From Fidelibacterota bacterium (GTDB taxonomy: Bacteria > Pseudomonadota > Alphaproteobacteria > Rhodospirillales > Rhodospirillaceae): a stretch of DNA of 64,000 nt. Made by a program: the position numbers and the translations under genes. Shown in pieces: positions 27,908-36,899 of the stretch. Within the stretch, counting starts at the first letter, position 1. Every line of letters starts with the position of its first letter. Under the pieces are notes generated by a model that saw nothing but the letters and a program-made list of their open reading frames with translations, was not told the origin of the DNA and did no database searches. The stretch is from positions 6,507 to 70,506 of the forward strand of contig CANJPG010000006.1 of the NCBI GenBank assembly GCA_947476065.1, written 5' to 3'.

Positions 27908-28043
27908 GCCCCGGCCTACGGCCATGGGATTTGGCGTTTTGCCGAACGTTAAGGAATTTGTTACACCCTTCGGGGACTAAGAGTACCCGCTTCCATTGGG
28001 GGATAGGGGTCGCTAGCCACGGAACGGAGTGGGGACAACCAGA

Positions 28044-29765
28044 ATGGCAGTCCTCGGACGCGCAACATTTGAAATCCAGCTCTACAAGGGCGGACGGTGG
28101 GCCATTTTCGAGGTGGTGCCGACGGAGGAAACCGCGCGCCATAAGGCCGCCGACCTCCTGGCCATGAAGACCACCGAGGGCGTGCGCATCATCAAGGAAT
28201 CGCGCTTCGGCAGCGACTCCCGCCGTGAGTCGGAAATCTTCTGCCAGATGAAGGCGACCGAAAAGGGCGACGACTTCAGCATCACGCCGGTTGATGCAGC
28301 CCCGCTCTGTGAAAAGGTCACCGACTATTATCAGACCGCCGCGCGCACGACGATGGCGCGGCTGTTCACCAAATACCTCGAAAAGCAGGAGCTGACGCCG
28401 TTCGAGCTGCTGCATAGCCACAAAAATCTCAAGCGCATGCTCAACCTCGACAGCATGGTGCCGTCGGCGGTAGACAAAATTGCCCAGCTGCATGCACGCG
28501 TCTCCAATGGCGATGCACGCAAGCGCCGCGACGTCATCTATGCCGCCGTCGATTCCATCGCCAAGCGCGCCCGCGAAGTTGATAGCAAGGAGCTGCCTGA
28601 GCTCAAGGGTAGTACGCTCGACGAACTGCTGCGCCGCATCGACGCACGCTACACCGACGCCGAGGAGCGCAATTACCTAGCGCACGTTGCCTTCGTCCGC
28701 CAATCGATCAATTGGACGGGATGGCTCGGAAAGATGAGCGAACTGCTGCCCATGGCGCAGTCGCAGAAGGACGAACGCGCGCGGGCGATGGTCGACGAGA
28801 TGCTGTCCGACATCTTTGTTGCGAAAACCGTGATCAAGGATGTCATCGGCGTGTCCAAGCACTTGGGCGACGCGGTGATGCGCATCCTCGATTTGATGGA
28901 AGGCAAGTGCAAACCCACCAAGTTCGCCGTCGAGGAACTGGTCGCGCTGCTCAATGAGCTTTTCGCGGCCAACCTGCTGCCGCGTTCGAAGAAGGTTTTG
29001 CTGGACCGCCTCGAACGCGATCTGTCCAGCGCGGTGCGTCTCACCAACAGTGAAGACATCGCTCCCGACAAGGTGTTTTTCGACACCGTGCTCGACCGCG
29101 TCATCACCGATCACGGCATGATCGGTGGCAGCGCCGTGGCGATTGGCCTGACAGAGCGCTGGGCGCGCTTGAACAACATCGGCGGCCCCACCGGCCGCAA
29201 GCGCGCCATGGAAGGCGTGCGCGACAAACTCATGTCGGGCAAACGCAAGTTCATCTATCTGCTGGCGATGTACGACCCCAACGGCACGCCCGACATGAAG
29301 GCGCTCATCGAAAGCCAAGTGCGTGACCTCGGCGGCCAGCTGAACACCATCCAGAAAATCGCGCCCGAGGCGCGCACGGAAAAGACGCGGTTGCAGGAAG
29401 TCGCCGGCATGCAGCGGTTGGTGCTCGATTCAACACTGCCCGACCGCCTGCGCGATCCGGTCGCCGCCAAGTTCGACGAACTGGTGTCCGACTACATCAT
29501 CTCGCAGGGCGTCATCCAGCGCCTCGACGACGAACGCCTGGTTTTCCGCGAACGCGCTACGCGGGTCGTGACCTTCTGCGCCTCCGGTGTGCTGACCGTC
29601 GGACGCGCGACCACCATCGCGCGCGACAACGTTGTGTCCTACCTGCGCCGCAAGGACTTCATCTCTGAGTTCACCGCAGATATCCCCGATCCCGGCGACA
29701 AGGAAAAGGCGATCAAGGAGTTCTACGGCCTGCTCGCAAAAACCGGCTTCGACGTCAGGGGCTAA
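28044..29765 (+). CDS. large (about 573 aa) mostly helical protein of unknown function
   Basis: It is a long uninterrupted GC3-rich ORF with no motif I can assign. The ATG at 28044 is preferred over the GTG at 28029. Confidence 0.6.
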   Translation: MAVLGRATFEIQLYKGGRWAIFEVVPTEETARHKAADLLAMKTTEGVRIIKESRFGSDSRRESEIFCQMKATEKGDDFSITPVDAAPLCEKVTDYYQTAARTTMARLFTKYLEKQELTPFELLHSHKNLKRMLNLDSMVPSAVDKIAQLHARVSNGDARKRRDVIYAAVDSIAKRAREVDSKELPELKGSTLDELLRRIDARYTDAEERNYLAHVAFVRQSINWTGWLGKMSELLPMAQSQKDERARAMVDEMLSDIFVAKTVIKDVIGVSKHLGDAVMRILDLMEGKCKPTKFAVEELVALLNELFAANLLPRSKKVLLDRLERDLSSAVRLTNSEDIAPDKVFFDTVLDRVITDHGMIGGSAVAIGLTERWARLNNIGGPTGRKRAMEGVRDKLMSGKRKFIYLLAMYDPNGTPDMKALIESQVRDLGGQLNTIQKIAPEARTEKTRLQEVAGMQRLVLDSTLPDRLRDPVAAKFDELVSDYIISQGVIQRLDDERLVFRERATRVVTFCASGVLTVGRATTIARDNVVSYLRRKDFISEFTADIPDPGDKEKAIKEFYGLLAKTGFDVRG

Positions 29766-29824
29766 AACGAGGCCTAAACCTGCCGTCATCCGGGGCTTGT
29801 CACTAGGATCCATGGGTCGGCGCA

Positions 29825-30604
29825 CTAAGTCAGAGATTGCTGCGCATCATCGCGGAACGTCCCGGCGATGAAATGATCCCGCAACGCGTGGCGCAGATCA
29901 AAAGCGGCAGCGATGCGCACCGCGCTATCAGCTGCTTCGCCCAACGTCCCGCCATTCGCGATCGCCGTTAAAAACGCCCTATCACCGGCTGCGATGGCGC
30001 GCGTGGCGACATGATGATCCTTGCGCGTGATGATCACCGTTTCGGCGACACCCAAATCAATCTCCGGCACGGCGGCGACCTCGGGCTGGTTGACCTGCCA
30101 GATGCGCTGGATCGGAAACGCCGACGCAACCAGACGTGATGCCGGATGCAGGTGTAGCCGAGTGGTCTCTATGTCTTCGGGCGGCAGGGCCGCGAGACGT
30201 GCAAAGTCGAGCGCCGGCGCATCGGCTGCAAAATAAGCTTCCGCCCGCGCCCACTCCAGCCGCGCGACATCAGCCAGGTAAGGCAAACGCTGCCCAATGT
30301 CGGCGTGCGCGATGAAAGCGGCGAACGCGCCGCCGTAGGCCGAAAGCTGCGGCACAGAAGGTGGCGCGGCGACGACAAAGCGGTCGGCGAGCTGCGCGAA
30401 AATGGCTTCACCGACAATGCGCCGGCTCACTGGGTAGGCCGCCGCCAACACCTCCACCAGACTGCGGCGCACGGTATGGCGGTGTACCGCGACGCGGGCC
30501 GCGATGTTTTCATCCGCCCGCAACAACGCGCCCAGCGCCCCATCCCCGCTCCCCAGCACGGCTGCACGGAACCGGCTTTGCATATCGCGCAGCTCAAGCG
30601 GCAT
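29825..30604 (-). CDS. bufC: DUF2063-family protein (MbnC/BufC-like partner of the DUF692 enzyme)
   Basis: It lies directly downstream of the DUF692 gene. The start at 30604 (MPLELRDMQSRFRAAVLG) gives an 11-nt overlap with the bufB stop. The N-terminal helical region is typical of DUF2063. Confidence 0.7.
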   Translation of the reverse strand: MPLELRDMQSRFRAAVLGSGDGALGALLRADENIAARVAVHRHTVRRSLVEVLAAAYPVSRRIVGEAIFAQLADRFVVAAPPSVPQLSAYGGAFAAFIAHADIGQRLPYLADVARLEWARAEAYFAADAPALDFARLAALPPEDIETTRLHLHPASRLVASAFPIQRIWQVNQPEVAAVPEIDLGVAETVIITRKDHHVATRAIAAGDRAFLTAIANGGTLGEAADSAVRIAAAFDLRHALRDHFIAGTFRDDAQQSLT

Positions 30605-31433
30605 GGGGTCGCCCCCCGGCCCGTTGGTCAAGTATGACCTGCGCCGCATGGGCTTCGCCCAACAGGACGCTGATCTCTGGAACATCGCGGTCCCATTCGA
30701 TCAGCGTCGGTCGCGCGCCGATGCGGGCGATGGTGTCGGCGTAAAGCGCCCAGACCGCGTCGCTCACGCGCGCATCGTGCGTATCGATCAGCATTCCATT
30801 TGCAACGCTGTGTCCGGCAAGATGGATTTCACTGATCGCCATGGTCGGCAGTGCGCGCAAATATGCCGCCGCATCGCCGCCGGTATTCGCGGCGCTCACA
30901 TAGACATTGTTGATATCCAATAAGATGCCGCAGCCGGTGCGCTCTACCAGCCGTGTCAGGAATTTGGCTTCGCCCATTGTCTCATCGGCGAAGGCAATAT
31001 AGGCCGACGGATTCTCGACCAGAATGCGCCGTCCGAAACTGTCCTGGGCCGCGGCGACATTGGCCGCGACGATATCGAGGACGCGTTCGGTATAGGGCAG
31101 GGGCAATAGGTCGTTGAGATAAGCACCGCCTGTGCTGCTCCAGGCCAGGTGCTCTGAGATCAGCCCGGGCTGGACGCGGGCAAACAGCTTTTTCAGCCGC
31201 GCGAGATGGGCTGGGTCGAGGCCGTCGGCAGATCCCAATGACAAGCCGACGCCGTGGCAGCTCAGCGGATACTGTGCGACGACGGCGTCAAGCATGGCCA
31301 ATCGCGGGCCGCCGTCACATAAAAACGTCTCGCTGTGGATTTCGAGCCATGGGGCAGTCGGCGAGTCTTCAGCAGCGAACGCCGCCAGATGCGCTGTCCG
31401 CAATCCGATGCCGGCGGCCTGCGGAATCTCCAC
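30594..31433 (-). CDS. bufB: DUF692-family MNIO enzyme (MbnB/BufB-like, TIM-barrel)
   Basis: 279-aa ORF with GIGLRTAHL, WLEIHSETF, LISEHLAWS, ILVENPSAYI, LLDINNVYVSA, EIHLAGH, IDTHD and TLIEWD. This pattern is as I recall it for UPF0276/DUF692 proteins. Confidence 0.85.
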   Translation of the reverse strand: MEIPQAAGIGLRTAHLAAFAAEDSPTAPWLEIHSETFLCDGGPRLAMLDAVVAQYPLSCHGVGLSLGSADGLDPAHLARLKKLFARVQPGLISEHLAWSSTGGAYLNDLLPLPYTERVLDIVAANVAAAQDSFGRRILVENPSAYIAFADETMGEAKFLTRLVERTGCGILLDINNVYVSAANTGGDAAAYLRALPTMAISEIHLAGHSVANGMLIDTHDARVSDAVWALYADTIARIGARPTLIEWDRDVPEISVLLGEAHAAQVILDQRAGGRPHAA

Positions 31434-31456
31434 GCCACCATCCTTGCACGCCTCGC

Positions 31457-31801
31457 TCAGGTCGCGTCCTTGGTGGGCGCCGGCGTGGCTGCCGGGGCTG
31501 TGGCCGGCGGGTCATCGAAGGCCGCCAGCTTGCCGCCCATCTTCACGCAGCTGCCCGCGTCCACCAGCATCCATTCCTGGCCACTGTTGTCGATGGTCGA
31601 AAGCCCGCCGCAGGTGTGGCTGCCGTTGGCGGCGGCGCAGCCGTTCTCGCCGGCCTTGGCGACGCCGTAGCACTGCTCTTTGCCTTTGGCCTGTTGGGCC
31701 TCGGGCATGGTGCCGGCGGGGCCCTTGCCGGCGTCGAGCGCAACCGCGCCGGCAATTGCGGCAGCGCCGACCACGGCGGCAGCCAGAATTTTCTTGTCCA
31801 T
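31457..31801 (-). CDS. bufA: DUF2282-type RiPP precursor (bufferin-like): signal peptide + four-Cys core + Pro/Ala-rich tail
   Basis: The start at 31801 has AGGA 6 nt upstream. The protein reads MDKKILAAAVVGAAAIAGAVA..EQCYGVAKAGENGCAAANGSHTCGGLSTIDNSGQEWMLVDAGSCVKMGG. It lies immediately upstream of the DUF692 gene. Confidence 0.8.
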   Translation of the reverse strand: MDKKILAAAVVGAAAIAGAVALDAGKGPAGTMPEAQQAKGKEQCYGVAKAGENGCAAANGSHTCGGLSTIDNSGQEWMLVDAGSCVKMGGKLAAFDDPPATAPAATPAPTKDAT

Positions 31802-31983
31802 GGGCATTCCTAAAATCCGCGAAATGACGGCTATCATAAACCAGACGCAGCGCTTTTAGAATCACGCGCCCGCGAGCCCGGTTGCTCTAAGCGAGCGTAT
31901 TGCTGCATTTTCGGTCCGCCTGCAATATTTGTAATATTCGGTGAATTGACCCTTGCCGCCCTTGTGGGGGAGAACCCGTTGCC

Positions 31984-33747
31984 ATGCAGCATGCCCCTGA
32001 CGCAGCGCCCGTTTTGCGCCCGACCCCCAGCGATACGCCCAGCTTGCCCAAGCGGTTGGCCGACTTTGCAACCCTCAGCGAAGCCTTGGATTACGCCGGG
32101 AAAAGCGACACCGGATTCAACTTCTATTCGGCACGCGGCGAGCTTGAGAAAGTGCTGCCATTCCGCGACCTGCGCGACCAGGCCGCCAGCCATGCCCGGC
32201 GCCTGGCCGCAGCCGGGCTCAAGCCTGGTGACCGGGTTGCTTTGCTGGCCGCTACGGCGCCTGAATTCCTGATCCTGTTTTTCGCCTGCCAATACGCCGG
32301 GCTCATTCCCGTGCCTATGCCGCTGCCGACCGCTTTCGGGCGGCGCGAAGCTTACATCGATCAAATCAAAGGCCAGATGCTGTCCTCGGGCGCGCGCATG
32401 GCCTTGGGTCCCGCCGAGTTCCTGCCCTTTGTGCATGAAGCGGCGGCGGGCCTGCCGATCCAGCTTATCGGAACGCTGGCCGATGTCGCGGCTTTGCCGG
32501 AAGGCAACGGCGAGCTGCGCCCCGGCGGCACCGACGATCTCTCCTACATTCAATACAGCTCCGGCTCGACGCGGTTTCCCATGGGTGTGATGGTGACGCA
32601 TAAGAGCCTGCTCGCGAATTGTCATGCCATGAATAAGTACGGCATCGACAATCGGCCCGGCGAACGCGCCATGTCCTGGCTGCCGTTCTTCCACGACATG
32701 GGCCTAGTGGGTTTCATGCTGGGCGGCGTCACCAGCCAGTCGTCGATCGACTATCTCAGCACAGAGGATTTTGCGCGCCGTCCACTGACTTGGCTGAAGA
32801 TCATCAGCGATAACGGCGCTTCGCTGTCTTATGCGCCATCGTTTGGCTACGAGCTTTGCGCGCGGCGTGTCTCCAACATGGCCGAAGGTGCGCTGGATCT
32901 TGACCTCTCGAAGTGGCGCGTCGCTGGCATTGGCGGCGAGATGATCAAGCCAAAAGTCATGCAAGCCTTCGCTGCCGCCTTCAAGCCATATGGATTTTCG
33001 GACAAAGCCTTCTGCGCCAGCTATGGCCTTGCAGAATCTACGCTGGCGGTCAGTTTTGCGCCCGTCGGCACCGGCATCAAAGCCGATCACGTCGATAAAG
33101 CCGCCCTCGAAGCCCATCGCGCCGATCCGGTCGCGGAATCCGAAGGCCGCACCTTCGTCTCCTGCGGCCGCGTGTTGCCCGCGCACAGCGTCGAAGTACG
33201 CGACGAGGCCGGCGCTGTTCTCGGCGCGCGCCAAGTGGGCCGTGTGTTTGTGGCTGGCCCCAGCATCATGCAGGGCTACTTCAATAGTCCTGCGGAGACC
33301 GCCGAATGTCTGCAGAACGGCTGGCTCGACACCGGCGATCTTGGCTATTGGCTGGATGATGAAATCGTCATCGTTGGCCGCGCCAAGGATATGATGATCA
33401 TCAACGGCCGCAACGTCTGGCCCCAGGACATTGAGTGGACTGTGGAACACATCGACGGCCTTAAGTCCGGCGACAGCGCCGCCATTCTGCTGGCCGACGC
33501 CGACGGTGTCGAACGTCCCACCATTCTCGTACAATGCCGCCCGTCCGATCCGGCCGAGCGCGCCCGCGTCGCCGCCGACGTGCGCGCCCGCGTGCAGGAA
33601 GCCGTCGGCATTGCCTGTGACGTCGTGCTGGTGCCGGCGCGCAGCCTGCCCAAGACGACCTCCGGCAAACTCGCCCGCGGTCGCGCCAAGACCATGTTCA
33701 TCGCCGGCGCAATCCCGGTGCTCCCGGCTACGCCACCGGCCGCGTAA
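31984..33747 (+). CDS. fatty-acyl-AMP ligase / acyl-ACP synthetase-type adenylating enzyme
   Basis: 587-aa ORF with YIQYSSGSTRFPMGVMVTH, WLPFFHDMGLVG (FAAL-like) and GWLDTGDLGY..GRAKD. It is the first gene of the four-gene operon ending in spt. Confidence 0.85.
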   Translation: MQHAPDAAPVLRPTPSDTPSLPKRLADFATLSEALDYAGKSDTGFNFYSARGELEKVLPFRDLRDQAASHARRLAAAGLKPGDRVALLAATAPEFLILFFACQYAGLIPVPMPLPTAFGRREAYIDQIKGQMLSSGARMALGPAEFLPFVHEAAAGLPIQLIGTLADVAALPEGNGELRPGGTDDLSYIQYSSGSTRFPMGVMVTHKSLLANCHAMNKYGIDNRPGERAMSWLPFFHDMGLVGFMLGGVTSQSSIDYLSTEDFARRPLTWLKIISDNGASLSYAPSFGYELCARRVSNMAEGALDLDLSKWRVAGIGGEMIKPKVMQAFAAAFKPYGFSDKAFCASYGLAESTLAVSFAPVGTGIKADHVDKAALEAHRADPVAESEGRTFVSCGRVLPAHSVEVRDEAGAVLGARQVGRVFVAGPSIMQGYFNSPAETAECLQNGWLDTGDLGYWLDDEIVIVGRAKDMMIINGRNVWPQDIEWTVEHIDGLKSGDSAAILLADADGVERPTILVQCRPSDPAERARVAADVRARVQEAVGIACDVVLVPARSLPKTTSGKLARGRAKTMFIAGAIPVLPATPPAA

Positions 33748-34697
33748 TGGCACTCCCCGTCGTCGCGGTCACGGGTGCGACCGGCTTCATCGGCCGGCGC
33801 ATCGTGCGCGCGCTGGTGGACTACGGCTGCGACGTGCGCGCACTGGCGCGGCGCACTTCGGCCCTCGCACAGGAGGAAACCACCGATGCGGTCACCTGGG
33901 TGATCGGCTCTCTGACCGATGAAAACGCGCTGAACGCCTTGGTGAAGGACACCATCGCCGTCGTGCATTGCGCCGGCGCCATCAAGGCCCAGAACCGCGA
34001 CGCTTTTCTGGCCATCAATGGGGCGGGCACCCGCCGTCTGGCCGAGATCGCCGCCGCCCAACCGGTGCCGCCGCGTTTCATCCTATTGTCGTCGCTGGCC
34101 GCCCGCGAACCGCGGCTGTCGGCTTACGCAGCCAGCAAACGCGCCGGCGAGCAGGCCCTGCGCGGCCTCAAGGGCCGGCTGCCGTCGATCATTCTGCGCC
34201 CGCCCGCGGTCTACGGTCCTGGCGACCTGGAAACCCTCAAGGTCTTCCAGATGGCCGCCCGCGGCTTCATCGCCGCCCCCATGGTCGCGGGGGCCCGGGC
34301 GTCTTTGGTGCATGTGGACGACGTTGCCCGAGCGGTGCTGGCGGCCCTGGAACTCGACAGCCTCCCCGACCAGCCCATCGAGTTCGATGACGGCACCCCC
34401 GGCGCTTATAGCTGGGCCGAGATCGCCGCCGCCGCCGGCGCGGCCTTGCGCACCACCCCCCGCCTGATCCCAGTGCCGGCTCCAATCCTCTACCTGGCCG
34501 GAGCCCTGGCGAGCCTCTCAGCCGCTCTGACCCATCGGCCGGGGGTAATGTCCTGGGGCAAAGTGCCTGAATTACTGCATCCGGACTGGGTCGCCGCCGA
34601 TGGCCTATTCCCGGGCTATAAGCCCCTCTGGGATATAGAAAAAGGCTTTAAAGATGCGGTCACCTGGTACACCTCACGGGGCCTGTTAACATCGTAA
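33747..34697 (+). CDS. NAD(P)-dependent extended SDR (candidate ceramide/3-ketosphinganine reductase)
   Basis: The Rossmann motif is VAVTGATGFIGRRIV and the catalytic motif is YAASK. Its start overlaps the stop of the preceding gene. The functional assignment rests on gene context only. Confidence 0.7.
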   Translation: MALPVVAVTGATGFIGRRIVRALVDYGCDVRALARRTSALAQEETTDAVTWVIGSLTDENALNALVKDTIAVVHCAGAIKAQNRDAFLAINGAGTRRLAEIAAAQPVPPRFILLSSLAAREPRLSAYAASKRAGEQALRGLKGRLPSIILRPPAVYGPGDLETLKVFQMAARGFIAAPMVAGARASLVHVDDVARAVLAALELDSLPDQPIEFDDGTPGAYSWAEIAAAAGAALRTTPRLIPVPAPILYLAGALASLSAALTHRPGVMSWGKVPELLHPDWVAADGLFPGYKPLWDIEKGFKDAVTWYTSRGLLTS

Positions 34698-34818
34698 CGG
34701 CTGAGTTGATTTGTAACCTTTTCGTCATTCCCCCACTCTGAGCCTTAGCACCTGCAACATAATTGCCGTTTCGAAGCGCAGGGGCGGACGAGGAACGTTT
34801 CAGGATGGGGTTTAGGAC

Positions 34819-35076
34819 ATGAGTGGCGGCACGGAGCCGTCGGCCGAAACCCTCACGGCGCTCTACGACATCCTGGAGACGTTCAACAAGACCGGCGCCG
34901 CGTTCGCGCCGGGGACCCGGTTCAGCGAAGACCTGAACTTTGATTCCCTGGTCGTGATGGAGTTCGTGGCCGTTGTTGAGGATGCCTTCGATATCTCGAT
35001 ACCCCTCAACATCCTGCCGGACATTGCGACGATTAAGGACTTGGCGGTGGCGGTCGAAAAGATCGTCGCTGAATAG
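34819..35076 (+). CDS. dedicated acyl carrier protein
   Basis: 85-aa acidic ORF with the phosphopantetheine Ser motif LNFDSLVVMEFV. Confidence 0.8.
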   Translation: MSGGTEPSAETLTALYDILETFNKTGAAFAPGTRFSEDLNFDSLVVMEFVAVVEDAFDISIPLNILPDIATIKDLAVAVEKIVAE

Positions 35077-35125
35077 ACCACCGGCTCCGGATCGAGTTTT
35101 GGTTCAATTGTTAGAGGACTAATAC

Positions 35126-36370
35126 ATGGCCGCTTTGTTTGACCGCTTCGCTCCCTTGATGGCGCAACGCGACGCTATGCTCGGCGACGGCGGCGTCAAT
35201 CCGTTCAAAGTGAAGATGGATCAAGTCCTCTCGCAGACCGAAGCCATCATCGCCGGCCGTCACACCATCCTCGTCGGCACCAACAATTACCTCGGCCTGA
35301 CCTTCGCACCCGAAGCTTTGAAAGCCGCGCATGACGCGCTCGAAGCTTGCGGCACCGGCACCACCGGCAGCCGCGTCGCCAACGGCACCTATCACGGCCA
35401 CAAAGAACTCGAAGACGCGCTGTGCGATTTCTTCGGCAAAGAACACGCCATGGTCTTCTCGACCGGCTTCCTGGCCAATCTGGGCATCCTGTCAACGCTG
35501 ATGGGCCCCGAAGACTACATCCTGATGGACGCCGATTGTCATGCCTCGATCTACGACGGCGTGCGCGGCAGCTCCGCCCAGATCATCCGCTTTAAGCACA
35601 ATGACGCTGGCGATCTCGACAAGCGCTTGGGCCGTCTGGCCGACAAGCCGGGCAACAAGCTGATCGTCATCGAAGGCATCTACTCGATGCTCGGCGATAA
35701 AGCGCCTTTGGCCGAGATCGTCGCGGTGAAGAAGAAATACGAAAACGTCTACCTGCTCTCGGACGAAGCCCACTCGGTCGGCGTGCTCGGCAAGTACGGC
35801 CGCGGCCTGCCCGAAGAAGTCGGCTGCGAAGACGACGTCGACTTTATTGTCGGCACGTTCTCGAAGTCGGTTGGCACCGTCGGCGGCTTCTGTGTCTCCA
35901 ATCACCCGGATTTCGACACCCTGCGTCTGGTCACTCGCGCTTATATCTTCACCGCCTCGCTGCCGCCCTCCGTGGTGGCCTCGGCGACCGTCAACCTCGG
36001 TCTCGTGCGCAACGGCGGCGCCCTGCGCAAGCGCCTCATGCGCAATGCCCAGCATCTACACGCCGGCCTCACCGCCTTGGGTCTAAAGGTCGCCAGCGAG
36101 AACAGCCCGGTTGTCGCCGTCGTCACCCCTGATCCGCAGGTCGCCCTGATGTTCTGGCGCGGCCTCATCGAAGCTGGCGTTTACGTCAACCTCGCCCTGC
36201 CGCCGGCGACGCCTTACGGTTACTCGTTGCTGCGCGCCAGCCTCTGCGCCGCCCACACCGAAGAGCAACTCGACAAGGTCATCGCGATTTTCGCAGAAGT
36301 TGCGGCCAAGGTCGGGGTCATCGCCCCGGTCGAAAGCCTGCCGGTCCGCAAGCGGAGCGCCGTCGCCTGA
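35126..36370 (+). CDS. spt: alpha-oxoamine synthase, serine palmitoyltransferase-like
   Basis: 414-aa ORF. PLP-Lys lies in the context GTFSKSVGTVGG, with SDEAHSVG also present. The Spt call (versus BioF/Kbl) rests on the ACP/FAAL/SDR operon context. Confidence 0.75.
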   Translation: MAALFDRFAPLMAQRDAMLGDGGVNPFKVKMDQVLSQTEAIIAGRHTILVGTNNYLGLTFAPEALKAAHDALEACGTGTTGSRVANGTYHGHKELEDALCDFFGKEHAMVFSTGFLANLGILSTLMGPEDYILMDADCHASIYDGVRGSSAQIIRFKHNDAGDLDKRLGRLADKPGNKLIVIEGIYSMLGDKAPLAEIVAVKKKYENVYLLSDEAHSVGVLGKYGRGLPEEVGCEDDVDFIVGTFSKSVGTVGGFCVSNHPDFDTLRLVTRAYIFTASLPPSVVASATVNLGLVRNGGALRKRLMRNAQHLHAGLTALGLKVASENSPVVAVVTPDPQVALMFWRGLIEAGVYVNLALPPATPYGYSLLRASLCAAHTEEQLDKVIAIFAEVAAKVGVIAPVESLPVRKRSAVA

Positions 36371-36393
36371 TATATTAAGGTTTTGTGGCCATC

Positions 36394-36424
36394 AACGCCG
36401 GGATTAGTCCCGGCGTTTTTGTTT
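36394..36424 (+). terminator. rho-independent terminator after spt
   Basis: The hairpin AACGCCGGGA-TTAG-TCCCGGCGTT is followed by TTTTTGTTT, 24 nt after the spt stop. Confidence 0.8.
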
Positions 36425-36434
36425 GTGCTAAAAC

Positions 36435-36899
36435 ATGGTCTCGATAATCAGCGCGGGAGCATCGCTGATGATGACGGCTTTTCTCGACCAGATCAGCGCT
36501 CGACTGACGGCCACGGGCATACCCGCCCAGCTGATCGAGGAAGCCTATGATCCGTCGCAGCCGCACCACGGCACGCTTATTTTCCAGGCCGACTGTTTGA
36601 CTCTGCGCTTCACACGCGATCACGGGCAAGATTTTCTCGACATCGCGACGGCCTTGGCGCCGCGCGAATTTTATTGGTTCGGCGACATCGAGGTGGCGAT
36701 GGGATGGGGGTCGCTGGAACGCATTTTATCGCGTGCCGCCGCGCCGCCGATCGATGAGGTCATCAACCGGCTCGGCCAGCATGTCGCCGAGCTGAGAAAA
36801 GCCTTCTTCAAGAATATCGATCATTTCACCCACGCCCGGATCGCGCGCACCATGCGCCGCCCGGATAGCCGCACCCACAGCAGCAGGCCAACGCCTTAG
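36435..36899 (+). CDS. hypothetical protein (154 aa)
   Basis: The ORF has coding-like GC3 bias and no recognisable motif. The start is uncertain (36435 or the internal ATGATG). Confidence 0.4.
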   Translation: MVSIISAGASLMMTAFLDQISARLTATGIPAQLIEEAYDPSQPHHGTLIFQADCLTLRFTRDHGQDFLDIATALAPREFYWFGDIEVAMGWGSLERILSRAAAPPIDEVINRLGQHVAELRKAFFKNIDHFTHARIARTMRRPDSRTHSSRPTP

